Below, piece by piece: positions 7,465-15,077 of a DNA stretch of 16,538 bases. Below the pieces are notes generated by a model that saw only the letters and a program-made list of their open reading frames with translations, ran no database searches and was not told the origin of the DNA. A program made the position numbers and the translations under genes. Numbering within the stretch: position 1 is the first letter of the stretch; every line of letters starts with the position of its first letter. The DNA is from a virus (lineage: Duplodnaviria > Heunggongvirae > Uroviricota > Caudoviricetes): IMG/VR virus record IMGVR_UViG_2541047850_000009. One strand, written 5' to 3'.

Positions 7465-7494
7465 TTGTTCGTGGTTGTTCCACGTTGTTCGCTG
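7465..7494 (+). repeat. Three head-to-tail 10-bp repeats TTGTTCgtgg TTGTTCcacg TTGTTCgctg; candidate operator array about 210 bp upstream of the capsid gene
   Basis: Exact 10-bp periodicity. Matches the reverse complement of 1299..1323 at 23 of 25 positions and 14939..14953 at 15 of 15. Confidence 0.5.
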
Positions 7495-7566
7495 ACCGGA
7501 TCGGCATATTTTACCCGAACTGAATCATGATTATTCTCGCCAGTGGTGCCAGGACGCTGGGGCCAC

Positions 7567-7614
7567 TTTCCCGCCTGTTAATGTGCTCGCCAATATTCAT
7601 TACCAGGCGGGAAA
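7567..7614 (+). promoter_or_regulatory. 11-bp inverted repeat TTTCCCGCCTG ... CAGGCGGGAAA (26-nt spacer) in the capsid-operon leader
   Basis: Read directly from the sequence. Could be an RNA stem-loop or a dyad protein-binding site. Confidence 0.3.
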
Positions 7615-7704
7615 ATGATCGGTGCGATTGCTGATTTCCTTATGAAAAACGGTTGAGTGTTTGCCGCGTCCTGGAGTTCCTTACTTAACTTCAGGACTTT
7701 TTTT

Positions 7705-8862
7705 ATGCCGAGAATAATCGAATTACGCCAGCAGAAAACCGCCATTAAAAATCAGATGCGCGACATGCTGGAGAACGCGGAAAAAGAAAACCGCAGCCTT
7801 AACGATGCTGAGGGCGCAAAATTTGACGAATTACGCGCTAAAGCTGAATCCCTCGATAAAGACATTTCCCGCCTTGAAGCCATTGCAGACGAAGAGCGCA
7901 GTAAACCAGGCAAAAACAGCCAGACCACTGACCCCGCAGAACTACGCAACTACATTCTGACAGGTGAAACCCGCGCATTAAGTACAGGCGTTCCCGCTGA
8001 TGGTGGTTATACCGTTATCCCCGAACTGAACACCGAAATCATGCGAATGCTGGCGGATGAGTCCACCATGCGCCGCATCTGTACCGTGAAGAAAATCAGC
8101 AGCAACGAGTTTAAGCAGCTTGTTTCCGCTGGCGGTGCGACCGTTAACCACGGTGAAGAGGGTAAGACACGCGAACAGACCAGCACCCCGCAGATTAACG
8201 AGGTGAGCATTAAGCTGTATCCGGTCTATGCGTACCCGCGCACCACACAGGAAATCGTGGATTTTTCCGATGTGGACATCCTTTCATGGCTGACGGGTGA
8301 GATTGGCGACACCTTCACGGAAACCGAAGAAAGCGATCTGGTTGTGGGCGACGGTGACAAAAAAGCAAAAGGTTTTTTATCCGTACCCCGTGCAGAGAAG
8401 AACGACAAAGAGCGTGATTTTGGTACGTTGCAGGTAATTAAACCTTCCGAATCTCTGGCGTGGACATCTGCGGACCCGCTGATCGACCTGAAATTTGCAT
8501 TACGTAAAAAATACCGCAAAAACGCGGTCTGGGTGGTTAACTCCACGACGGCGGCAAAACTTCAGAAGGTGAAGAACGCGAACGGTGATTACATCTGGCG
8601 CGACCGTTTACAGGCGGGTGATCCTGATACGTTACTGGGCCTTCCGGTCGAATATCTGGAGTTTATGCCGGATAACGTTATTGCCCTGGGTGACTTCAAA
8701 CGCGGTTACTACATTGTTGATCACGAAACAGGTGTTCGCACCAGACCGGACAACCTCACAGAGCCGGGCTTCATCAAAATTTTCACGCAGAAATATTTAG
8801 GCGGTGGCGTGGTGGATTCGAACGCGATCAAGATTCTGGAACTGCCACAGGACGACGATTAA
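7705..8862 (+). CDS. Major capsid protein, HK97 fold, with N-terminal scaffold-like (delta) coiled-coil domain
   Basis: 385-aa product. N-terminal 90 aa is coiled-coil-like and charged (IIELRQQKTAIKNQMRDMLENAEK...). Followed by a prohead protease gene. Start chosen at the ATG at 7705 rather than the upstream track start. Confidence 0.88.
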   Translation: MPRIIELRQQKTAIKNQMRDMLENAEKENRSLNDAEGAKFDELRAKAESLDKDISRLEAIADEERSKPGKNSQTTDPAELRNYILTGETRALSTGVPADGGYTVIPELNTEIMRMLADESTMRRICTVKKISSNEFKQLVSAGGATVNHGEEGKTREQTSTPQINEVSIKLYPVYAYPRTTQEIVDFSDVDILSWLTGEIGDTFTETEESDLVVGDGDKKAKGFLSVPRAEKNDKERDFGTLQVIKPSESLAWTSADPLIDLKFALRKKYRKNAVWVVNSTTAAKLQKVKNANGDYIWRDRLQAGDPDTLLGLPVEYLEFMPDNVIALGDFKRGYYIVDHETGVRTRPDNLTEPGFIKIFTQKYLGGGVVDSNAIKILELPQDDD

Positions 8863-8873
8863 CAGCATACAGA

Positions 8874-8901
8874 AGGGGCTTAAAAGCCCCTTTAGTGTTT
8901 T
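8874..8901 (+). terminator. Stem-loop after the capsid gene (partial terminator or attenuator, or stabilising hairpin)
   Basis: Stem AGGGGCT / AGCCCCT with TAAA loop, followed by ttagtgtttt. Confidence 0.4.
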
Positions 8902-8916
8902 ATGGGTGAAAAAATT

Positions 8917-9474
8917 ATGAAGAGTATGGAAATCCGGTCATCGGAAATCACTACCAGCGGAGCCGGTACGCTGACGGGCTACGTTGTTCGCTGGGATAAG
9001 CTTTCAGAACTGCTATGGGGGGAGTTTTACGAAAAATTCCAGCGGGGGGCGTTTACTGAGTGGCTTGCGGCGGGTAATGACGTTCGCGGCCTGTATGAGC
9101 ATGACCACAGCATGTTACTGGGGCGCACCCGTTCCGGCACGCTGAAACTGGAAGAGGACGAAACAGGGTTACGCTTTGAACTGACCCCACCGGATACCAG
9201 TACAGGGCGCGACGTTATCGAACTGGTTAAGCGTGGGGACATCTCGGGGATGAGCTTTGGCTTTCGCTCCCGTAAGGATGTATGGGATACCACAACAGAT
9301 CCATGCGTGCGCACCGTGCTGGTGGCGGAACTATACGAAATTACCGTTACATCCGTACCGGCTTACCCTGATTCCGGCGTGGAGCTGGCCCGCCGCTCCC
9401 TGTACGAGCAGCACCCCGAAAAAATGCCGCGTGCGGATAATCGCCGCTGGTGGGCGGATTTAGCGGGGGTGTGA
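8917..9474 (+). CDS. Prohead (capsid maturation) protease, HK97 family
   Basis: About 185 aa with HK97-protease-like length and position directly after the capsid gene. Alternative in-frame start at 8902. Confidence 0.8.
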   Translation: MKSMEIRSSEITTSGAGTLTGYVVRWDKLSELLWGEFYEKFQRGAFTEWLAAGNDVRGLYEHDHSMLLGRTRSGTLKLEEDETGLRFELTPPDTSTGRDVIELVKRGDISGMSFGFRSRKDVWDTTTDPCVRTVLVAELYEITVTSVPAYPDSGVELARRSLYEQHPEKMPRADNRRWWADLAGV

Positions 9475-9475
9475 T

Positions 9476-10687
9476 ATGTGGCCTTTCAGAAGAAAAAAAG
9501 AGCAGCGCAGCATGACGCTTGATGAGTTTATGGCGCTGGCTGGCACATCGAACACGGGGGCGGGTGAGTACGTATCATCGGGGACAGCGGAATCACTGCC
9601 CGCCGTCATGAACGCCGTGACGGTCATCTCTGAGGCGGTGGCTACCATGCCGTGTTACCTGTACCTGGTACGCAATGAGAAGGGGAAGGAGGCCCGAGAG
9701 TGGTTTGATTCTCATCCGGTCGATCACATCCTCAACGAGCGCCCGAACGCATGGCAAACCCCCTACCAGTTTAAGCGAATGATGATCCGCCACTGCCTGT
9801 TAAACGGTAATGCTTATGCGGTGATTCGGTGGGGGCGTGATGGTTTTCCGGTGGCTTTACATCCTTACCCGCCGCAGTCGGTGAACGTGGAGCAGACAGG
9901 TGAGCATAACTGGCGCTACTGCATCACTGACGCCTACACCGGAAACACCCGCAACTATTTACCGTGGGAGGTTCTCCACCTTCGTTACTCCACGGATGAC
10001 GGTTTTATGGGGCGCTCACCTGTAACCATCTGCCGCGAATCGCTGGGGCTTGGGCTGGCCCAACAACGCCACGGCGCGAGCGTGATGCGTGATGGCATGA
10101 TGGCGGCAGGGGTTATCACGTCAGGCGAGTGGCTGGACGGCGTGAAGGGTAAACAGGCATTAGCCGCACTGGAACGCTACAAAGGGGCCAGAAACGCCGG
10201 AAAAACGCCCATCCTTGAAGGGGGTATGAGCTATCAGCAGCTGGGCATGAGTAATCAGGATGCTGAATGGCTGGCCTCCCGTCGCTTCACCATTGAAGAC
10301 ATCGCCCGAATGTTCAACGTCTCGCCGATTTTTTTGCAGGAATACAGCAACAGCACCTACAGCAATTTCAGCGAGGCAAGCCGCGCATTTCTCACCATGA
10401 CGATGCGCCCGTGGCTGGCGAACTTTGAGCAGCAGATAAAAAACGCCCTGCTGGTGGCCTCGCCTGTACCTGGTATCCGGTATCAGGTGGAGTTTGACAG
10501 CGCGGACCTGTTACGGGCCACACCTGGCGAACGCTTTGCCACCTATGAACGCGGCATCAAATCCGGCGTTATGTGCCCGAACGAAGCCCGCGAACGTGAA
10601 GGGCTGTCCCCGCGTGATGGTGGTGATGAGTTCAGCCAGGCATGGAAACAGGAAGTAAAAATCAGCGAGGGAGAAAAACCGGAATGA
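9476..10687 (+). CDS. Portal protein (HK97-type)
   Basis: 403-aa ORF with portal-like length and composition. Start is 1 nt after the protease stop. Flanked by head genes. Confidence 0.85.
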   Translation: MWPFRRKKEQRSMTLDEFMALAGTSNTGAGEYVSSGTAESLPAVMNAVTVISEAVATMPCYLYLVRNEKGKEAREWFDSHPVDHILNERPNAWQTPYQFKRMMIRHCLLNGNAYAVIRWGRDGFPVALHPYPPQSVNVEQTGEHNWRYCITDAYTGNTRNYLPWEVLHLRYSTDDGFMGRSPVTICRESLGLGLAQQRHGASVMRDGMMAAGVITSGEWLDGVKGKQALAALERYKGARNAGKTPILEGGMSYQQLGMSNQDAEWLASRRFTIEDIARMFNVSPIFLQEYSNSTYSNFSEASRAFLTMTMRPWLANFEQQIKNALLVASPVPGIRYQVEFDSADLLRATPGERFATYERGIKSGVMCPNEAREREGLSPRDGGDEFSQAWKQEVKISEGEKPE

Positions 10688-11022
10688 ACATAGGGCGACT
10701 GCGTGACAGGATAACGATTCAGACCCTGAAACAGACCAGGGATATAACCGGCGAAATACTCGAAACGTGGGTGGACGGTCACACACTCTGGGCAAGCGTG
10801 AACATGATCAGCAGCAAGGAGGCCATTTCATCGGGTGCAGAACTGGCGACTGGAACGGTAAGGATATGGATACGCTACAGGAAGGACATCAACGCCACCA
10901 GCCGGATAAAGGTCAATACGGGGCCGCTGGCGGGGCGTGTACTGAATATCATCGGGCAGCCGCTGCCGGATGCCGCCAGGACACGCCTTGAAATTCTTTG
11001 TCGTGAGGGCGCGGAAAAATGA
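10684..11022 (+). CDS. Head closure / head-tail joining protein
   Basis: 112 aa. N-terminal GRLRDRITIQ...TRD...W matches the head-closure family pattern (G.LR.R.TIQ....TRD). ATGA overlap with the portal stop. Confidence 0.75.
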   Translation: MNIGRLRDRITIQTLKQTRDITGEILETWVDGHTLWASVNMISSKEAISSGAELATGTVRIWIRYRKDINATSRIKVNTGPLAGRVLNIIGQPLPDAARTRLEILCREGAEK

Positions 11023-11315
11023 CAGAAGAACTTATCACCCTGGAAGAAGTGAAACTCCATTGCCGCATCGATGGCGACGAGGAAGACCAGTTAATCAGCG
11101 GATACATTGCCGCATCGCTTGAGGCGTGCCAGATACATATAGGCAGGCGCTTTGATGACGGGCTGGCGTTCACGCCAGCCATAAAGATTGGCTGCATGAT
11201 GTTTATCGCTCACCTGTATGAAAATCGCCAGATTGTCGCGGATAACGCAAAAACACGCGTACCCATGACGATAGGCGCACTCTGGACGGCTTACCGTGAT
11301 GTGGGGGTGTACTGA
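11019..11315 (+). CDS. gp6-like head-tail connector protein
   Basis: 98 aa. N-terminal ITLEEVKLHCRIDGDEEDQLISGYIAAS matches the gp6-like connector pattern (ITLEE.K.HLRID.DDED.LI...I.AA). ATGA overlap with the previous gene. Confidence 0.7.
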   Translation: MTEELITLEEVKLHCRIDGDEEDQLISGYIAASLEACQIHIGRRFDDGLAFTPAIKIGCMMFIAHLYENRQIVADNAKTRVPMTIGALWTAYRDVGVY

Positions 11316-11755
11316 TGCCGTGGCAACCATTAAGACGATGCACAGAACCAGGCTGTAACAGGCGCGTGAAGTCCGGCAAGTGTGAGGAGCACAGGCGGGC
11401 GGCATGGCGTGCAGAGGATGCCAGACGAGGACACCGCCGCGCGCGTGGGTACTCCAGACAGTGGGACAAATACCGCGCCATGTATCTGAGTAAAAACCCG
11501 TTATGCGTGCGATGCCTTGAGAAGGGGATATATACGCCCGCCGTGGTGGTGGATCACATTATCCCCATCGATGGCGGCGATGATGTTCTCTTCTGGCCCG
11601 AATGGAACCATCAACCATTGTGCCAGGCGTGTCATAACCAGAAAACGAAATGGCTTGATCTGGCAACAAAAAGCAAGCGTGCCGCAGGTGGATTTCGTGA
11701 AGAGGAAGAACGGGCCGCTAACCGCAATAACTGGATGTATGACGCTGATGAATGA
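11315..11755 (+). CDS. HNH endonuclease (terminase-associated)
   Basis: Paired Cys motifs (CTEPGC, CVRC, CQACHNQ) and the His-Asn-His core VVDHIIP...WNHQPLC. Sits immediately upstream of terS/terL, as in cos-type HK97-like phages. Confidence 0.88.
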   Translation: MPWQPLRRCTEPGCNRRVKSGKCEEHRRAAWRAEDARRGHRRARGYSRQWDKYRAMYLSKNPLCVRCLEKGIYTPAVVVDHIIPIDGGDDVLFWPEWNHQPLCQACHNQKTKWLDLATKSKRAAGGFREEEERAANRNNWMYDADE

Positions 11756-11921
11756 GCGGAAACAAAACCGCCTTATCCGTGGACTTATAAGGCAGCGTGA
11801 CGCATGGAAGACACAGGAAACAGGGCATAAAGATAAAGCGTCAGGACGCGCAGAACGCATCACAGCGAAGCGATTAACCGACCGTGACCGCGAGGTTATG
11901 GAATGTTTCCGCAATCGCTGA
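11748..11921 (+). CDS. Possible small basic protein (57 aa, MNERKQNRLIRGLIRQRDAWK...)
   Basis: Only the part of track ORF 11517..11921 that does not overlap HNH. No convincing RBS. May instead be non-coding DNA holding the packaging site. Confidence 0.22.
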   Translation: MNERKQNRLIRGLIRQRDAWKTQETGHKDKASGRAERITAKRLTDRDREVMECFRNR

Positions 11922-11924
11922 TGA

Positions 11925-12044
11925 GGCTGTATGACGGGGTGGGGGGCGTTTTCAGGACAAACCCGACCCCGCCGGGCACCGACCGCCTCCTCAAATTTTT
12001 ATGCACGGGAATTTTTTGAAAAATAATCTGGCGAAAAAATAAGC
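11925..12044. other. Candidate cos / packaging-initiation region upstream of terS
   Basis: G-rich (gacggggtggggggcg) then C-rich (cccgaccccgccgggcaccgaccgcctcc) segment, then an AT-rich tract. Lies between HNH and terS, where HNH-dependent cos sites usually sit. Confidence 0.3.
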
Positions 12045-12401
12045 ATGTCAAGACCACCGAAAGCCCCCGCCTACCTGGATGACATCGCCGTGAAGCAGTG
12101 GCGGGAAAAATCGCGGCAGCTTGCGGAACGGGGAGACCTGACCCCCGCCGACTGGAGCAATCTGGAACTGTATTGTGTCAACTACTCCATTTACCGGAAA
12201 GCCGTTGCAGACCTTGCGGCGCGCGGGTTCAGCATTGTTAACAGTCAGGGCGGCGAGAGCAGAAACCCCGCATTAAGCGCAAAATCCGACGCTGAAAGGG
12301 TGATGATAAAAATGGCCTCCTTGCTCGGTTTTGACCCGATAAGCCGCCGTAAAAATCCACCGGAAACAGAAGAAGAGGACGAGCTTGACCGCCTGGAATA
12401 A
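12045..12401 (+). CDS. terS: Terminase small subunit (P27-family-like)
   Basis: 118 aa, directly upstream of and overlapping terL. Acidic C-terminal tail. N-terminus (AVKQWREKSRQLAERGDLTPADWSNLELYC) resembles P27-type TerS. Confidence 0.75.
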   Translation: MSRPPKAPAYLDDIAVKQWREKSRQLAERGDLTPADWSNLELYCVNYSIYRKAVADLAARGFSIVNSQGGESRNPALSAKSDAERVMIKMASLLGFDPISRRKNPPETEEEDELDRLE

Positions 12402-14046
12402 GTACGCAGAAGACGTAAAAACGGGCAAAATTCCGGCCTGTAAACGGCTGAAACAGGCCGTTAAACGGTACTTTTCGGACCTTGAAAGCCCCCTTTACAC
12501 GTTCGATCGTGAGGTTGTGGAGCGGTTTATTGCCTTTTCCAGGGTGTGCCCGCACGTAAAAGGGCCGATGCGTGGCAGACCCATTGAGCTGGAGCCGTGG
12601 CAGCAGTTCGCCTTTGCGTGCATCCTCGGCTTTAAGGTTAAGGCCACCGGACGGCGCAAATACACGAGCGCCTTTATCGAAGTGCCGCGCAAAAATGCGA
12701 AATCCACGACCGCCGCGATTCTGGCTAACTGGTTTCTGATTATGGAGAACGGTCAGCAGGATATCTACACCGCAGCGGTGAGCCGTGACCAGGCGCGGAT
12801 CGTCTTTGATGATGCGCGTCAGATGTGCCTTTTATCCCGACCGTTACGCAGGCGGGTGAATATTCAGGCGCATAAGGTGATGCACCCGAAAAGCAACAGC
12901 CTGTTAAAGCCGCTGGCAGCAAAAGCGGCAACCATCGAGGGAACAAACCCCAGCCTTTCCATCGTGGACGAATACCACTTGCACCCCGATAACGGCGTTT
13001 ATTCCGCGCTTGAGCTGGGGATGGGCGCACGTCCCGAAGGGCTGTTATTTGCTATTACCACATCAGGCAGTAACGTCGTTTCAGCCTGTAAGCAGCACTA
13101 TGATTATTGCTGCCAGATCCTGGACGGCGAAGAGGTCAACGATTCAATTTTTGTACTGATTTACGAACTGGACGACGAAAACGAGGTTGATGATCCGGCG
13201 ATGTGGATAAAGGCGAACCCTAATATTGATGTTTCCGTGGATCGTGAAAAACTGGCCTCAACCATCCAGAAAGCGCGGGGTATTCCGTCGCAGTGGGTGG
13301 AGATGATGACAAAGCGATTTAATATCTGGTGCCAGGGGGCTACCCCGTGGATGGGTAACGGCGCATGGGCTGAGTGTGCCGGAACGTTCACGGAGGAAGA
13401 TTTACACGGCCAGGAGTGTTACGCGGGGCTGGACTTATCATCAACCAGCGATATTTCCAGCGTGTGCTATGCCTTTCCGGTCGGTAAAACCATTATGCTG
13501 GTTTCCCGTCACTATCTGCCGGAATTTCAGCTACAGAACCCCGCCAATAAAAACCGCGCCATCTATCGTCAGTGGGCTAAAGCAGGCTGGATACGCACAA
13601 CGCCTGGCGACTGCATTGATTACGACCGGATCAGAGATGACATCATGCAGGACGCGGAGAAATTTAATATCAGGCTGGTGGGCTTTGATACGTGGAACGC
13701 CACGCATCTCAGAACGCAATTACAGGGGGCAGGTTTTGAGGTGGAGCCGTTCCCGCAAACCTACCTCAGATTCAGTCCGGCGGCGAAATCGTTCGAAGTT
13801 TTTGTTAACCGCAGGGTGATTGTGCATCGTGGCGATCCGGTGTTGTCCTGGTCGATGAGTAACGTCGTGATGCAGAGTGACGCGAACGCCAATATCAAGC
13901 CGAACAAGAAAAAATCACCGAACAAGATAGACCCGAGCGTGGCGGCGCTGATGGCGTTTGGTACATTCCAGGCAGAGCATGAGGATTTTGCTTTTGATAT
14001 AAGCGACAGCCACCGCCAGAAACTGGAAGAATTTAGCGGGGTGTAA
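12385..14046 (+). CDS. terL: Terminase large subunit
   Basis: 553-aa ORF. P-loop-like VPRKNAKST in the N-terminal ATPase region and an acidic nuclease-type C-terminal half. Apparent TTG start at 12385, 5 nt after GAGGA, overlapping the terS end. Confidence 0.88.
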   Translation: MTAWNKYAEDVKTGKIPACKRLKQAVKRYFSDLESPLYTFDREVVERFIAFSRVCPHVKGPMRGRPIELEPWQQFAFACILGFKVKATGRRKYTSAFIEVPRKNAKSTTAAILANWFLIMENGQQDIYTAAVSRDQARIVFDDARQMCLLSRPLRRRVNIQAHKVMHPKSNSLLKPLAAKAATIEGTNPSLSIVDEYHLHPDNGVYSALELGMGARPEGLLFAITTSGSNVVSACKQHYDYCCQILDGEEVNDSIFVLIYELDDENEVDDPAMWIKANPNIDVSVDREKLASTIQKARGIPSQWVEMMTKRFNIWCQGATPWMGNGAWAECAGTFTEEDLHGQECYAGLDLSSTSDISSVCYAFPVGKTIMLVSRHYLPEFQLQNPANKNRAIYRQWAKAGWIRTTPGDCIDYDRIRDDIMQDAEKFNIRLVGFDTWNATHLRTQLQGAGFEVEPFPQTYLRFSPAAKSFEVFVNRRVIVHRGDPVLSWSMSNVVMQSDANANIKPNKKKSPNKIDPSVAALMAFGTFQAEHEDFAFDISDSHRQKLEEFSGV

Positions 14047-14059
14047 TGAGGTCAGCAGC

Positions 14060-14341
14060 ATGACAGAAGCCGAAATAACGGGATTAATCCGCCGCGTTGC
14101 CGGAATCAGCCAGCAGGCTGACGAACAGGCCACGCAGCCGGACAGCGTGACAGCCGAAAACTATGCGCGTGTTGTTGCTGAGGTGATGCGCCGTGATGGT
14201 ATAGAACTTAATGGCGTGGATATGCGCAACATACGAACCAGAGTTCTTGAGTTGCTGGCCTACCGTCGCCGTGTGGAGATGTATCGGGAGAAGGAGAAAA
14301 TAACGTACCACTGGAAGAAGCCGGAGCGGTTGCGGCGGTAA
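14060..14341 (+). CDS. Hypothetical protein (93 aa), last gene of the island
   Basis: ATG 9 nt after GAGG. Arg-rich C-terminus. No family recognised. Confidence 0.45.
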   Translation: MTEAEITGLIRRVAGISQQADEQATQPDSVTAENYARVVAEVMRRDGIELNGVDMRNIRTRVLELLAYRRRVEMYREKEKITYHWKKPERLRR

Positions 14342-14595
14342 CTGGTTGATATTCCCGACGGCCCAAAAATGGGTTGGCTACACCCCTCACAACTACGACA
14401 TTTTCGCAGTTTAATTAATGGTCAGCTTAATCGCTAACCCGCTGATATTTTCGGAAACCTCAATTTGAGGAAGTCGGCGCGGTAACTCGCTGAACTTTAA
14501 GCAAAGCGCAAAATTGCGCTTGCTGAATAATCATTATGATTACGCAGATGATTAAGGAATGACCGAAGGCGGAAATTCGCCTGTGGTTAATGGGG

Positions 14596-14615
14596 GAGTT
14601 GCAGATCTGCAACTC
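14596..14615. repeat. Perfect 20-bp palindrome GAGTTGCAGATCTGCAACTC
   Basis: Read directly. One of several dyads in the non-coding right end, alongside TGGGGATCCCCA at 14847..14858, AAGCGCAA-AA-TTGCGCTT at 14499..14516 and CCGGAA-AAAAA-TTCCGG at 14828..14844. Confidence 0.4.
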
Positions 14616-14938
14616 GACCATGAAACTACGGAAACTACCCGTAGTTTGGGTAGTAAGAGTAACACCCAGATTTTGGGGCTTACTCGTGATACCCAAATTT
14701 GGGGTATCAGTGGCAACCATAACGACTTTCGTTACGGTTGATGCTTTTACCCCATTGGGGGAAAGGTATTACGATAATCATAACACCTACCGAACAGGTA
14801 AAGCCCACCAGCCTGATTAACGTTTAACCGGAAAAAAATTCCGGTAGGTGGGGATCCCCATATCGACATTAACGCCCCTCATGAATTGGTGCGCTTCCCC
14901 CTGGAAAGATGATCCGCCTGTATATTTCTTGTGTCTAT

Positions 14939-14958
14939 TTGTTCCACGTTGTTTCATA
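14939..14958 (+). repeat. Third copy of the TTGTTC repeat motif (TTGTTCCACG TTGTTTCATA), about 120 bp from the phoQ stop
   Basis: 15 of 15 identity with 7475..7489. Confidence 0.45.
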
Positions 14959-14971
14959 CAGTGCACCGAAC

Positions 14972-14993
14972 GGTGTAGTCACTGGTGTAGTCA
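14972..14993 (+). repeat. Tandem direct repeat GGTGTAGTCA (two copies, 12-bp period)
   Basis: Read directly: cGGTGTAGTCAct GGTGTAGTCAtt. Confidence 0.4.
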
Positions 14994-15077
14994 TTTTGCG
15001 ATTTTTGGCACTTTTTGCGGTGCAGATTACTTAATTAAATCAATGGTTTGTCTTGATATAGTGATAAAAGGACATAT

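Larger units (their letters stand above)
1..15077 (+). mobile_element. Integrated phage satellite / PICI-like island (integrase, AlpA, primase, iteron ori, head and terminase module; no tail or lysis genes). Left end is cut by the window start; right boundary lies somewhere in 14342..15077.
   Basis: Contiguous plus-strand gene set with a mobile-element signature: tyrosine integrase at the extreme left, AlpA-type regulator, primase with iterons, HK97-type head genes, HNH-TerS-TerL. It abuts an intact host gene (phoQ) on the opposite strand. Several sub-blocks look low in GC by eye. Confidence 0.8.

Noticed and set aside
7657-7704. Upstream extension of the capsid ORF (track start at 7657)
   Set aside because: The added residues (MFAASWSSLLNFRTFF) are unlike a capsid N-terminus and the frame start is a non-ATG codon without an RBS. 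The ATG at 7705 was preferred.
11517-11921. 134-aa plus-strand ORF overlapping the HNH gene in another frame
   Set aside because: The first two-thirds lie out of frame inside the well-supported HNH gene. Only the non-overlapping tail (11748..11921) was kept, as a low-confidence possibility.
14460-14820. Three ORFs of 60 to 86 aa on both strands in the right-end non-coding region
   Set aside because: Mutually overlapping with no RBS. Their translations are dominated by the palindromes, and the region is better explained as structured non-coding DNA.
14342-15077. tRNA or tmRNA gene as the integration target at the island end
   Set aside because: No tRNA-like T-loop (GGTTCGAATCC-type) or acceptor structure was seen by eye in either end region. 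Integration appears to be next to a protein-coding gene, but this cannot be settled without the left flank.
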